A DNA stretch of 64,000 nucleotides from Burkholderiales bacterium (GTDB lineage: Bacteria > Pseudomonadota > Gammaproteobacteria > Burkholderiales > SHXO01). Each line of letters opens with the position of its first letter. The stretch's first letter is position 1. The notes beneath the pieces are model-generated. The model had not been told where the DNA came from and did not search any database. It saw nothing but the letters and a program-made list of their open reading frames with translations. Made by a program: the position numbers and the translations under genes. The DNA is taken from positions 23,820-87,819 of the forward strand of contig DATJVI010000103.1 of NCBI GenBank assembly GCA_035501875.1, read 5' to 3'. Of this stretch, positions 1-9,808 are shown in pieces.

Positions 1-801
<801 letters not shown>

Positions 802-888
802 ATCGGCCGCCTGCACTTCGGCTCGCGCAACTCGCCGCCCGCGCAGCGGCGCTGGAGCGAGCGGACCAAGTGTGGCAGGAGGACCTAC

Positions 889-1800
889 ATGATCCAAGTG
901 AAGCCGAGCGGCGACACGCTCGGCGCGACCATCGAGGGCCTCGATCTGTCGCTGCCACTCGCCGACGAGCACGTCGCGCTGATCTTTCGCACGCTCGCGA
1001 CCCACGGCGTGGTCTGCTTCCCAGGCCAGAGGCTGGAGGCGGGCCAGCTCAAGTCGTTCAGCCAGCGCTTCGGAACCCTCGAGATCAACGTCGCGGGAAC
1101 GTTCTACGAGCCCGGCATGCCCGAAGTGATGATCCTGTCCAACATCGTGGAGAACGGCCGGCCCATCGGCCTGCGCGACGCCGGACAGGATTGGCACACC
1201 GACATGTCCTATAGCAGGACGATCGCTTTCGCCAACGTGCTGTATGGAATCCGCATCCCGCGCCGGGACGGCCGGCCGCTCGGCGCCACCGAATTCCAGA
1301 ATATGCAAGCGGCCTACGACGAGCTGCCGCAAGAGCTGAAACAGCGCCTGGAGCACGCCACCGCGCTGCACGACTTCAACAAGTTCTGGGAGATGATGCG
1401 CCGCGAGAAGGGCAGCCCGCGCCCGCCGCTCACCGAGGAGCAGCGGCGCCAGAAGCCGCCGGTCTCGCACCCGGTGTTCCTGCGCCATCCGATCACCGGC
1501 CGCTACGTCCTGTATGCGAATCCGGGCTACACGGTGCGCATCGACGGCGTCTCCGAACGCGACAGCGACGCGCTGCTCGATTTCCTGTTCCAGCATCAGC
1601 TCCAGGAAAAGTACCGTTACGCGCACCAGTGGCAGGAGCACGACGTGCTCATGTGGGACGACCTGCTCACGATCCACCGCGCGGTCGCCGACTATGGGCC
1701 CGACGAGCCCCGGCTGGTCAAGCGCTGCCAGGTGATGGCGGATCGGATCTTCGATCAGGCGTTCGTCCGGTCGCTACCGGGCCAGGTATCCGAAGCCTGA
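889..1800 (+). CDS. TauD/TfdA family Fe(II)/2-oxoglutarate dioxygenase
   Basis: 303 aa. ATG is preceded by AGGAGG. Has the WHTDMSY (HxD) motif, and the overall pattern is that of taurine/alkylsulfonate dioxygenases (FPGQRL..., LHDFNKFW, HRAVADYG). Confidence 0.85.
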   Translation: MIQVKPSGDTLGATIEGLDLSLPLADEHVALIFRTLATHGVVCFPGQRLEAGQLKSFSQRFGTLEINVAGTFYEPGMPEVMILSNIVENGRPIGLRDAGQDWHTDMSYSRTIAFANVLYGIRIPRRDGRPLGATEFQNMQAAYDELPQELKQRLEHATALHDFNKFWEMMRREKGSPRPPLTEEQRRQKPPVSHPVFLRHPITGRYVLYANPGYTVRIDGVSERDSDALLDFLFQHQLQEKYRYAHQWQEHDVLMWDDLLTIHRAVADYGPDEPRLVKRCQVMADRIFDQAFVRSLPGQVSEA

Positions 1801-1806
1801 GAAGCG

Positions 1807-2721
1807 GTGAGGCTGGTCACGTATCAGAGGCAGAAGACTGCCGCGCTTGGCGCAGTGGTGGACGGACGCATCGTGGATCTCACACCGGCGCTGCACGCGG
1901 TGTGGGGACGCTTGGAGCCAGGCGTTCTGACGCCGCGTCCAAGCACGGCAGCGATGATCGCGTTTCTCGCCGCCGGCCCCGCGGCGCTGGAGGCAGCGCG
2001 CGCCCATGTGGCTGAGCTGCAGCGCGATTGGCATGCCGAGGCCCACCCTCGGCTCGAGGCGAGTGTGCTGCTCGCCCCGATCCCGCGTCCCGGCAAGATC
2101 GTCGCGATCGGCCGCAACTATGCCGACCACGCGGCCGAGACCGGTGTGAAGCCGTTCGAGCGGCCGCGGATCATCGCCAAGCTTCCCTCCTCGGTGACCG
2201 GACCCGGTGCGGTGGTGAGGCGGCCGGAGGGAATCACCAAACTCGATTACGAGATCGAGCTCGGCGTCGTGATCGGCCAGCGCGTGAATCGAATGCCAAG
2301 CGCATCGGCGCTGGACGCGGTGGCCGGCTACACGATCCTGAACGACGTAAGCGCGCGCGAGTTCCAGTTCGACGTCTCGCCCGCGCAGACCACCTTCGCG
2401 AAGAGCATGGACGGCTTCTGTCCGATGGGACCATGGCTCACGACCCGCGATGAGATCCCCGATCCGCACGCTCTGGCGCTCAAGCTCTGGGTAAACGGCG
2501 AGCTGCTCCAAGACGGGAACACGCACGACATGATCTTCGACATCCCGCGCCTGATCGAGTACATCAGCCGGTACATGACGCTCGAGCCCGGCGACGTGAT
2601 CGCGACGGGCACCCCTGCGGGTGTCGGAGCGTTCCGGACGCCGCCGCGCTGGCTCCAGCCGGGCGACCGGCTGCGCCTCGACGTGTCCGGGATCGGTGTG
2701 CTCGAGCACTCGATCGGATAG
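1807..2721 (+). CDS. Fumarylacetoacetate hydrolase (FAH) family protein
   Basis: 304 aa, GTG start 7 nt after the TauD stop. Motifs: KIVAIGRNYADHAAE, DYEIELGVVIG, GDVIATGTPAGVG. Confidence 0.85.
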   Translation: MRLVTYQRQKTAALGAVVDGRIVDLTPALHAVWGRLEPGVLTPRPSTAAMIAFLAAGPAALEAARAHVAELQRDWHAEAHPRLEASVLLAPIPRPGKIVAIGRNYADHAAETGVKPFERPRIIAKLPSSVTGPGAVVRRPEGITKLDYEIELGVVIGQRVNRMPSASALDAVAGYTILNDVSAREFQFDVSPAQTTFAKSMDGFCPMGPWLTTRDEIPDPHALALKLWVNGELLQDGNTHDMIFDIPRLIEYISRYMTLEPGDVIATGTPAGVGAFRTPPRWLQPGDRLRLDVSGIGVLEHSIG

Positions 2722-2835
2722 AGCCACCACAGAGGCGACCGGCGCTTCGCCCTGCTTTCCTTCCATTCACGTGCATCCGGCTTTTGTGAGGGTCGAGCAG
2801 ACGGCAGACCCGTCCCGCGATCGCACACCTCTCTG

Positions 2836-2922
2836 CCCCCTTCAAGGGGGAGGTTGGGAGGGGGATGGGGGAGATGGGCCGCTTGCCCCATCCCCACCCT
2901 GCCCTCCCCTTGAAGGGGAGGG
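2836..2922. repeat. REP-like imperfect palindromic element (about 35-nt arms, about 15-nt loop)
   Basis: Left arm is cccccttcaagggggaggttgggagggggatgggg. Right arm is ccccatccccaccctgccctccccttgaaggggaggg, whose reverse complement closely matches the left arm. Lies in the intergenic gap after the FAH gene. Confidence 0.6.
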
Positions 2923-3081
2923 TAAACCGACAGCGGGCACGTTGGACCCACAACGAAGTCTGAAGGACCTCCATTCAAAGCGAGGGAGAATCTACGCGGC
3001 CGGCACGCGGGACTGACACGCAAGTCAGAAAGACCCGATTCCGTATAATCCTCGCGACCGGCCACCGATGAGGCGCACACG

Positions 3082-3471
3082 ATGACAACCGCCAGCAGAT
3101 TCCTCGTGAAAGCAGACAACGTCACGCCGTACCATCCCGCCAACCATACGGGAACCGTGAACCGCCGCTTGATCGGCCCGGAGACTGTCGGCGCACGCCA
3201 GCTCGAAGTCGTGCTGGGCGTGGTCGAGAAGGGCAAGGGAGCGCAGCCGCATTCGCACCCGGGCATCGAGCAGGTCTGCTATATGCTCGAGGGCCGCGCC
3301 CGCGCCGAAGTCGGCGGCCAGGTGATGGAGCTCGGCCCTGGGGACTGCTGCTTCTTCCCTGCCGACGCTGCCCATGTCTTCACCGTGGTGAGCGACGAGC
3401 CGGCCAAAGTGCTCGTGATCTACGCGCCGCCGTACGGAGAATCTCCCGACAAGGCGAAGCGGCACGGATGA
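3082..3471 (+). CDS. Cupin domain protein
   Basis: 129 aa. Cupin metal motif HSHPGIEQVCYMLEGRA ... GDCCFFPADAAHVF. Confidence 0.75.
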   Translation: MTTASRFLVKADNVTPYHPANHTGTVNRRLIGPETVGARQLEVVLGVVEKGKGAQPHSHPGIEQVCYMLEGRARAEVGGQVMELGPGDCCFFPADAAHVFTVVSDEPAKVLVIYAPPYGESPDKAKRHG

Positions 3472-4688
3472 GCGCCATGCGTAGGCGGCATCGCTGCGCG
3501 CGTATTGGCCTCGCGCTCGCTGTGGCGGCCGCCACGGCGGTGGCATCCGCGCAGAAGAAGTACGATCCGGGCGCGACCGACACCGAGATCAAGATCGGCC
3601 AGACCAAGCCGTACAGCGGCCCCGCTTCCGCGTACAGCTCGGCGGGGAAGGTCCAGCTCGGCTTGTTCGAGAAGATCAATTCCGAGGGCGGCATCCACGG
3701 GCGCAGGATCAAGCTCATCTCGCTCGACGACGCCTTCACGCCGCCCAAGACCGTCGAGCAGACGCGCAAGCTCGTGGAGCAGGAGCAGGTGCTGATCGTG
3801 TTCAACTCCAACGGCACCGCGGCCAACTCGGCGGTGCAGAAGTATCTCAATGCCAAGGGCATTCCGCAGCTGTTCGTGTCCTCCGGCGCGAGCAAGTTCG
3901 CCGACCCGAAAAACTTCCGCTGGACCATGGGCTGGCTGCCGAGCTATTACAGCGAGGCGCGGGCCTATGCGCACTACATCCTGCACCACCGCGCGAACGC
4001 CAAGATCGGCGTGCTGTACCAGAACGACGACTTCGGCAAAGACTACTTGAACGGCCTGCACGACGGCTTGGGCGAGCAGGCGAAGCGCCTGATCGTGGCC
4101 GAGGCGAGCTACGAGCTGTCCGACCCCACGGTCGACTCCCAGATCGTGTCGCTGAAGGGATCCGGGGCCGACACCTTCGTCAATATCACGACCGCCAAGT
4201 TTGCCGCTCAGGCCATCCGCAAGGCCTACGACATCGGATGGACGCCGCTCCAGTTCGTGGCGGTCACGGGCTCGTCGGTGGGGCAGGTGATGGTGCCGGC
4301 CGGCGTGCACCGGGCGGTGGGCGCGATCACCGTCGGGTTCGTCAAGGACCCGACCGATCCGCAGTGGGACAACGATCCCGCGATGCGAGAGTGGCGCGCT
4401 TTCATGACGAAGTACTACCCGGACGGCGATCAGACGGACTGGTACAACGTCTACGCGTACGCGGCGGCGCAGACCCTGGTGCAGGTGCTCAAACAATGCG
4501 GCGACGACCTCACCCACGAGAACGTCATGCGGCAGGCCGCCAACTTGAAGGACTTCGAGCTGCCGCTGCTGCTGCCCGGTATCCGCATCAACACCAGCCC
4601 GACCGATTATCGTGTCATCCGGCAGGTCCAGCTGCAGCGCTTCGACGGCAAGAAGTGGGTGCGGTTCGGGGAGGTGATCGGGAACTGA
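3468..4688 (+). CDS. ABC transporter substrate-binding protein, Leu/Ile/Val-binding (type 1 PBP) family
   Basis: 406 aa. Signal peptide (RIGLALAVAAATAVASAQ). Family pattern KIGQTKPYSGPASAYSSAGK, GGIHGRRIKLISLDDAF. Start overlaps the cupin stop (ATGA). Confidence 0.85.
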   Translation: MSAMRRRHRCARIGLALAVAAATAVASAQKKYDPGATDTEIKIGQTKPYSGPASAYSSAGKVQLGLFEKINSEGGIHGRRIKLISLDDAFTPPKTVEQTRKLVEQEQVLIVFNSNGTAANSAVQKYLNAKGIPQLFVSSGASKFADPKNFRWTMGWLPSYYSEARAYAHYILHHRANAKIGVLYQNDDFGKDYLNGLHDGLGEQAKRLIVAEASYELSDPTVDSQIVSLKGSGADTFVNITTAKFAAQAIRKAYDIGWTPLQFVAVTGSSVGQVMVPAGVHRAVGAITVGFVKDPTDPQWDNDPAMREWRAFMTKYYPDGDQTDWYNVYAYAAAQTLVQVLKQCGDDLTHENVMRQAANLKDFELPLLLPGIRINTSPTDYRVIRQVQLQRFDGKKWVRFGEVIGN

Positions 4689-4775
4689 CGCGGCTCCGGC
4701 GCGCAGCCGGATGCCGCACGAGCCGGGGACCGCCGCCTCCTACCCACGGGCGATCATGATGTCTAAAATCGCCCT

Positions 4776-5645
4776 ATGGCGACCATCGCGAAGCGGCTGG
4801 CGCGGAACGTCCCAGGCGAGTTCTTCGTCGACTCCACGTGTATCGACTGCGGCACCTGCAGGCAGGTTGCGCCCGACACCTTTGCGGCGGGCGGGGACAG
4901 CTCCTACGTGTATCGCCAGCCGAACGAGGAGAGTGAGGCGCATCGCGCCCGGATGGCGCTCGTCGCTTGTCCGGTCGCGGCGATCGGCACCCAGACCAAG
5001 CACCATCTCGGCGACGCGCGTGCCGCGTTCCCCGAACTGCTCGACGACCAGGTCTACTACTGCGGCTGGGCGTCCGAAGCGAGCTACGGGGCGCGCAGCT
5101 ACCTGATCGTGCGTCCCGGCGGGAACATCCTGGTCGACTCGCCGCGCTACGCCAGCCTGCTCGTCGAGCGGATCGAGGCGCTCGGCGGCGTACGCTGGAT
5201 GTTCCTCACCCATCGCGACGATGTTGCCGATCACCGCCTGTACCAGACCCACTTCGGCTGCGAGCGTATCCTGCACCGGGACGATGTGACCTCCGGAGCC
5301 CGCGACGTGGAGATCAAGCTCCACGGCGCCGAGCCGATCGCATTGGACGACGAGGTGCTCTTCATTCCGGTGCCAGGGCACACGATCGGCTCGACCTGCC
5401 TGCTGTATCGGGGCCGCTTCCTGTTTTCGGGGGATCACGCCTGGTGGGACGCGAGCCGCGAGCGCGTCGTCGCCTCGCACAGCGTCTGCTGGTACGACTG
5501 GGACGAGCAGACCGCATCGATGGAACGGCTCACCGCTTACCGCTTCGAATGGCTGCTGCCCGGGCACGGGATGCGATGCCGGCTGGGGCCGGAACGGATG
5601 GGAGAAGAGCTGAAGCGGTGCGTGCGGCGCATGAAGCGAGGCTGA
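4776..5645 (+). CDS. Ferredoxin-domain / MBL-fold metallo-hydrolase fusion protein
   Basis: 289 aa. N-terminal single-cluster ferredoxin pattern (FVDSTCIDCGTCRQVAP ... ALVACPVAAIG). MBL-fold region follows (NILVDSPRY, FLTHRDDVADH, IPVPGHTIGS, FSGDHAWW). Confidence 0.75.
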   Translation: MATIAKRLARNVPGEFFVDSTCIDCGTCRQVAPDTFAAGGDSSYVYRQPNEESEAHRARMALVACPVAAIGTQTKHHLGDARAAFPELLDDQVYYCGWASEASYGARSYLIVRPGGNILVDSPRYASLLVERIEALGGVRWMFLTHRDDVADHRLYQTHFGCERILHRDDVTSGARDVEIKLHGAEPIALDDEVLFIPVPGHTIGSTCLLYRGRFLFSGDHAWWDASRERVVASHSVCWYDWDEQTASMERLTAYRFEWLLPGHGMRCRLGPERMGEELKRCVRRMKRG

Positions 5646-5679
5646 CGGCTGAACCTAGCCCACAAGGAGGACCCGGACT

Positions 5680-6228
5680 ATGGCGCGTGTTCCCTACCTG
5701 AACAAAGCCGATCTCGCCCCCGAGAATCAGGACTTGTTGACCCGAAACATCAACCTGTACCGGGCGCTCGCCCACAGCCCCGACGGGATGCGCGTTTTCG
5801 TCGGCCTGGGCCAGTACATCCGCTTCCACAGCCGGCTCGATCCGAGGTTGCGCGAGATGGCCATTCTCCAGGTGGGGTACTGCGCCCGCTCGCCTTACGA
5901 GTTCTCGCACCACATCAAGATCGGCCGCGATTTCGGCGTCACCGACGACGACATCCGCGCGATCGAAGCCGAGACCGAGGGGCGGTCGACCAGCCTGGCG
6001 CCGCTAGAGCGGGCGGTGTTACAAGCCGCGCGTGAGCTGACCGCTCAGCCCAATCTGTCGGAAGCGACCTTCGCGCAGCTGCGCAACGGCCTCGACGACG
6101 AACGGATCGTGGATCTGGTGCTGACGATCTCGTTCTATTGCGGCGTGGTGCGCCTGCTCGCCGGACTCCAGATCGACGTCGAGGCCGACTACCTGCACTA
6201 CCTGCAGGAATTCCCACTCCCGGTGTAA
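5680..6228 (+). CDS. Carboxymuconolactone decarboxylase (AhpD-like) family protein
   Basis: 182 aa. GGAGGA RBS. Motif GYCARSPYEFSHHIKIG is typical of the CMD family. Confidence 0.8.
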   Translation: MARVPYLNKADLAPENQDLLTRNINLYRALAHSPDGMRVFVGLGQYIRFHSRLDPRLREMAILQVGYCARSPYEFSHHIKIGRDFGVTDDDIRAIEAETEGRSTSLAPLERAVLQAARELTAQPNLSEATFAQLRNGLDDERIVDLVLTISFYCGVVRLLAGLQIDVEADYLHYLQEFPLPV

Positions 6229-6433
6229 GCGGACATCGCCCTCTCTCCTCCGCGGAAGTTGCAAGCCGACCCGCGGGGCCGGCGCTCGTGCCACCCCTTC
6301 CCTGGAAGGCGGCCCGCGGCATTGCGGCTCCTCGAATTCGAGAGCAAGCGGCGGGGTGCTTGCCACACGGGAGTGGGCGAAGATGCCGGCCTGGGCGCCA
6401 GAGCGCGCGCCAACACCTGACAGGAGCACTATC

Positions 6434-7519
6434 ATGATCTGCATGCCGAAGACCAAAGACGCGCCGTTGCCGCGGTTCGCCGGCGACGACGATCGCTGGG
6501 AAGCCGTGGTGCACCGGGATCGGAGCGCGGACGGCTCGTTCTACTATTCCGTGCGCACGACCGGCGTCTATTGCCGGCCGTCCTGCGCAGCGCGGCTGCC
6601 GCGCCGCTCGAACGTCCGGTTTCACTCGACATGTGAAGAGGCCGAGCGGGCGGGCTTCCGTCCCTGCATGCGCTGCCGGCCGAACGAGGCGGCGCTCCCC
6701 GAGAAGCACGCCGCCGCCGTGGCACAGGCGTGCCGCATGATCGACGCGCCCGAGGAGATGCCGGATCTCGACACCCTGGCGAGCGCCGCCGGGATGAGCC
6801 GCTTCTATTTCCATCGCGTGTTCAAAGCGATCACCGGCGTGACCCCGAAGGCTTATGCCGCCGCCCGCCGGGCGCAACGGGTGCGCGAGGAGCTTCCGCG
6901 CCGCGCGACCGTGACGGATGCGATCTACGGCGCGGGCTTCAACTCCAGCGGGCGCTTCTACGCGACCTCCGCACAGGTCCTGGGGATGACGCCGACGCGG
7001 TTCCGAAACGGAGGCCGCGGCACATCGATCCGCTTCGCCGTCGCCGAATGCTCGCTGGGCTCGATCCTCGTCGCCGCCACCGACAAGGGGGTCTGCGCGA
7101 TCCTGCTCGGCGACGAACCCGAGGCGCTGGTGCACGAGCTCCAGGACCGCTTCCCCGAAGCGTCGCTGGTCGGGGCCGATCGGGATTTCGAGCAGCTGGT
7201 GGCAAAAGTGGTCGGCTTCGTCGAGGCCCCAGCGCTGGGGCTGGATCTCCCTCTCGATGTGCGCGGTACGGCTTTCCAGCAACGGGTGTGGCAAGCCTTG
7301 CGTGAGATCCCTGCCGGCTCGACCGCGACCTATACGCAGCTCGCGCAGCGCATCGGGAAGCCGAAAGCGGTGCGCGCGGTCGCGCAGGCTTGTGCGTCGA
7401 ATCCGCTCGCGGTCGCCATCCCTTGCCACCGGGTGGTGCGCACCGACGGATCGCTGGCAGGCTATCGATGGGGCGTCGAGCGCAAGCGGGCGCTGCTCGA
7501 CCGCGAAGCGGCAGCATGA
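6434..7519 (+). CDS. ada: Bifunctional Ada: methylphosphotriester-DNA methyltransferase / AraC-type regulator / O6-methylguanine-DNA methyltransferase
   Basis: Zn-Cys4 N-domain (YCRPSCAARLPRR, FRPCMRCRP). AraC HTH (SRFYFHRVFKAITGVTPKAY). C-terminal active site PCHRVVRTDGSLAGYRWG. Start chosen at the ATG (MICMPK...) 8 nt after CAGGAG; the track ORF begins earlier, at 6356. Confidence 0.85.
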   Translation: MICMPKTKDAPLPRFAGDDDRWEAVVHRDRSADGSFYYSVRTTGVYCRPSCAARLPRRSNVRFHSTCEEAERAGFRPCMRCRPNEAALPEKHAAAVAQACRMIDAPEEMPDLDTLASAAGMSRFYFHRVFKAITGVTPKAYAAARRAQRVREELPRRATVTDAIYGAGFNSSGRFYATSAQVLGMTPTRFRNGGRGTSIRFAVAECSLGSILVAATDKGVCAILLGDEPEALVHELQDRFPEASLVGADRDFEQLVAKVVGFVEAPALGLDLPLDVRGTAFQQRVWQALREIPAGSTATYTQLAQRIGKPKAVRAVAQACASNPLAVAIPCHRVVRTDGSLAGYRWGVERKRALLDREAAA

Positions 7520-8268
7520 ACGACGCAGCCGCTGTCCCGGTCGCGGACGGCAAAGGGCTGCTCGGGGCAGACGAGCGGGTCGCAGCGCTCGACTGGCAGC
7601 GGATCGGCGTGGAGCTCGACGCCCACGGCTGCGCCATCGCGACCGGGATGCTACGGGCTCACGAGTGCGCAACGCTCGCCGAGAGCTACGCGGTGGAGGA
7701 GCTGTTCCGCAGCCGTGTCGTGATGGCGCGCCACGGCTTCGGCCGAGGCGAGTACAAGTATTTCGCCTATCCTCTGCCCGCCGCGGTCGCCAGCCTGCGC
7801 ACCGCGCTGTATCCGCGCCTCGCGCCCATCGCGAACCGCTGGAACGAAGCGATCGGAATCGAGACGCGCTTCCCGCAGGAGCATGCGGCTTTTCTCGACC
7901 GCTGCCATCGCGCCGGGCAGCTGCGGCCCACACCGCTGCTGCTGCGCTACGTCGAAGCCGACTACAACTGCCTGCACCAGGATCTCTACGGCGAGCACGT
8001 GTTCCCGCTGCAGGTCGCTTTCCTGCTCTCGGCGCCTGGGCGGGACTTCACGGGCGGGGAGTTCGTGCTCACGGAGCAGCGGCCGCGCATGCAGTCGCGC
8101 GCGGAAGTCGTTCCGCTGGCTCGCGGCGACGCGGTGATCTTTCCCGTGCACCATCGCCCCGTGCGAGGCAGCCGGGGTGTCTACCGCGTCACCATGCGGC
8201 ACGGAGTAAGCCGCCTGCGCTCCGGCACCCGCACGACATTGGGCATCATCTTTCACGACGCCGAATGA
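7516..8268 (+). CDS. 2OG-Fe(II) oxygenase superfamily protein (uncharacterised member inside the ada operon)
   Basis: About 250 aa from the ATG that overlaps the ada stop (ATGA). HxD motif in CLHQDLYGEHVFPLQ and distal His/Arg in TMRHGVSRLRSG. Double-stranded beta-helix pattern. Confidence 0.75.
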   Translation: MNDAAAVPVADGKGLLGADERVAALDWQRIGVELDAHGCAIATGMLRAHECATLAESYAVEELFRSRVVMARHGFGRGEYKYFAYPLPAAVASLRTALYPRLAPIANRWNEAIGIETRFPQEHAAFLDRCHRAGQLRPTPLLLRYVEADYNCLHQDLYGEHVFPLQVAFLLSAPGRDFTGGEFVLTEQRPRMQSRAEVVPLARGDAVIFPVHHRPVRGSRGVYRVTMRHGVSRLRSGTRTTLGIIFHDAE

Positions 8269-8930
8269 GCAGCGCAGCCGTCTGCGACCTCTTCGATGCC
8301 GCGCCGCGCTCCGACGGAAAAGTCGAGCGACTCGGCGAGGATGCGGTCGTGCTGCGCGGCTACGCGGCATCCGCCCAGGCAACTCTGCTCGAATCGCTAC
8401 AATCCGTGCTGCAGGCAGCGCCATGGCGCCACATGATCACGCCTGGCGGATACCGCATGTCGGTGGCGATGACCAACTGCGGCCGCGTCGGCTGGGTCAG
8501 CGATCAACGTGGATATCGGTACGACCCGATCGATCCCACGACGGGAGCACAGTGGCCGCCGATTCCGGCGTGTGTGTCCGACGTCACCAAAGCCGCAGCC
8601 GCCGACGCCGGTTTTGCCGGGTTCGAGCCAGACGTGTGTCTGGTCAACCGGTACGAACCCGGCGCGCGCTTGACGCTGCACCAGGACCGGAACGAGCGCG
8701 ACTTCACGCATCCGATCGTATCGATTTCGCTGGGGCTGCCAGCGGTGTTCCTGTTCGGAGGGTTGCGCAGGAAAGACCGTCCGCGGCGCCTGCGTCTCGA
8801 GAGCGGGGACGTGGTCGTGTGGGGCGGTGCATCTCGTCTCGCTTACCACGGGGTCGCGCCGCTCGCGGACGGCAAGCACCCGTTGACCGGGCGCCAGCGC
8901 ATCAACCTCACGCTCCGCCGCGCGTCGTGA
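8265..8930 (+). CDS. alkB: Alpha-ketoglutarate-dependent DNA dioxygenase AlkB
   Basis: 221 aa starting MSSAAVCDLF..., with the ATG overlapping the upstream stop (ATGA). Motifs LVNRYEPGARLTLHQDRNERD, SGDVVVWGGASRLAYHGV, RINLTLRRA. Confidence 0.9.
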   Translation: MSSAAVCDLFDAAPRSDGKVERLGEDAVVLRGYAASAQATLLESLQSVLQAAPWRHMITPGGYRMSVAMTNCGRVGWVSDQRGYRYDPIDPTTGAQWPPIPACVSDVTKAAAADAGFAGFEPDVCLVNRYEPGARLTLHQDRNERDFTHPIVSISLGLPAVFLFGGLRRKDRPRRLRLESGDVVVWGGASRLAYHGVAPLADGKHPLTGRQRINLTLRRAS

Positions 8931-8943
8931 TGCGCCCACGACT

Positions 8944-9807
8944 GTGCCCATGAGTGCCGTCATCCACGTCGGCGTGCCGCTTCTGATCATCCTGGCGATG
9001 ACCATTGTCGGCCTGGAGCTGACCCCCGCGGACTTGCTGCGCGTGCTCCACTACCCGGTCGAGGTGGCCGCTGGGCTGCTATGCCAGGTGCTGCTGCTGC
9101 CGCTGATCGCCGCAGGGCTCGTGCTATTGCTGCGGCTCGAGCCCGTAGTGGCGGGCGGGGTGATCCTCACCGCGGCTGCGCCACAGGCGATGACATCCAA
9201 CTATTACTGTCTGCTCGGCCGCGCGAACGTCGCGTTGTCGGTCACGCTGACCGCGGCATCCAGCATCATCGCCGTTGCAACGACGCCTCTGGTGGCAGGA
9301 TTGGCGTTCGGGCTGCTGCTGGAGCCGCAGGCGGGCTTCGTATTGCCGGCGGGCAAAGTGATGCAGCAGGTCGTAACGGGGCTGCTGCTGCCGGTCGCCG
9401 CTGGGATGCTGGTGCGCCGCTACGCGGCGCAGTTCGTCGAGCGCAACCGGATACGCTTTCAGCGGCTGAGCATGATCGGGCTGGCCGTGATGCTCGGGAT
9501 CGTTCTGGTCGACCAGATCGCGACGATCCAACGCAATTTCGTAGGGATTCTGCTGGCTGCCGTGCTCTTCACGGCAGGCGCAGTCGCGCTGGCGCTTGCT
9601 GTCGCGAAGGCCCTGTCATGCCCGAGGGGCGACACGGTCACCCTGGTCGCGGCGTTCCCCTCGCGGAGCCTGGCGATCGCAACACTGATATCGGTCAATG
9701 TGCTCGGCCGGCTGGATTTCTTGTCCTTCGCCGGGACGTTTTTTCTGGTTCAGGCGATGCTGCTCGTTCCCGCGATGTTGCTCGCCCGCGAGCGTGCAAG
9801 CGCCTGA
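8944..9807 (+). CDS. Bile acid:sodium symporter (BASS) family transporter
   Basis: 287 aa polytopic membrane protein with the BASS-like pattern (ILAMTIVGLELTPADL, AAAPQAMTSNYY). Start is either GTG 8944 or ATG 8950. Confidence 0.75.
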   Translation: MPMSAVIHVGVPLLIILAMTIVGLELTPADLLRVLHYPVEVAAGLLCQVLLLPLIAAGLVLLLRLEPVVAGGVILTAAAPQAMTSNYYCLLGRANVALSVTLTAASSIIAVATTPLVAGLAFGLLLEPQAGFVLPAGKVMQQVVTGLLLPVAAGMLVRRYAAQFVERNRIRFQRLSMIGLAVMLGIVLVDQIATIQRNFVGILLAAVLFTAGAVALALAVAKALSCPRGDTVTLVAAFPSRSLAIATLISVNVLGRLDFLSFAGTFFLVQAMLLVPAMLLARERASA

Positions 9808-9808
9808 G

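Noticed and set aside
3044-3049. TATAAT hexamer upstream of the cupin gene as a promoter.
   Set aside because: No acceptable -35 element lies at 16-19-nt spacing, and a single hexamer match is expected by chance. It was not listed as a feature.
3420-4517. Long antisense ORFs opposite real genes. Besides this one: 12294..13523 (+), 17435..19063 (-), 20822..22051 (+), 38251..39675 (+), 46287..47669 (-), 47812..48498 (-), 48950..50143 (-), 52701..53678 (+).
   Set aside because: Each overlaps a motif-supported gene on the other strand, and each has the Arg/Gly/Pro-rich composition expected of non-coding frames in high-GC DNA.
5939-7933. 664-aa minus-strand ORF spanning the CMD, ada and 2OG-oxygenase region.
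   Set aside because: It is antisense to three well-supported genes. The translation is Arg/Ala/Pro-rich with no motifs. This is the typical long shadow ORF of GC-rich DNA.
7257-8930. 557-aa plus-strand ORF.
   Set aside because: Only its last 221 codons (from ATG 8265) are AlkB. The upstream part is an Arg-rich alternate frame over ada and the 2OG-oxygenase gene.
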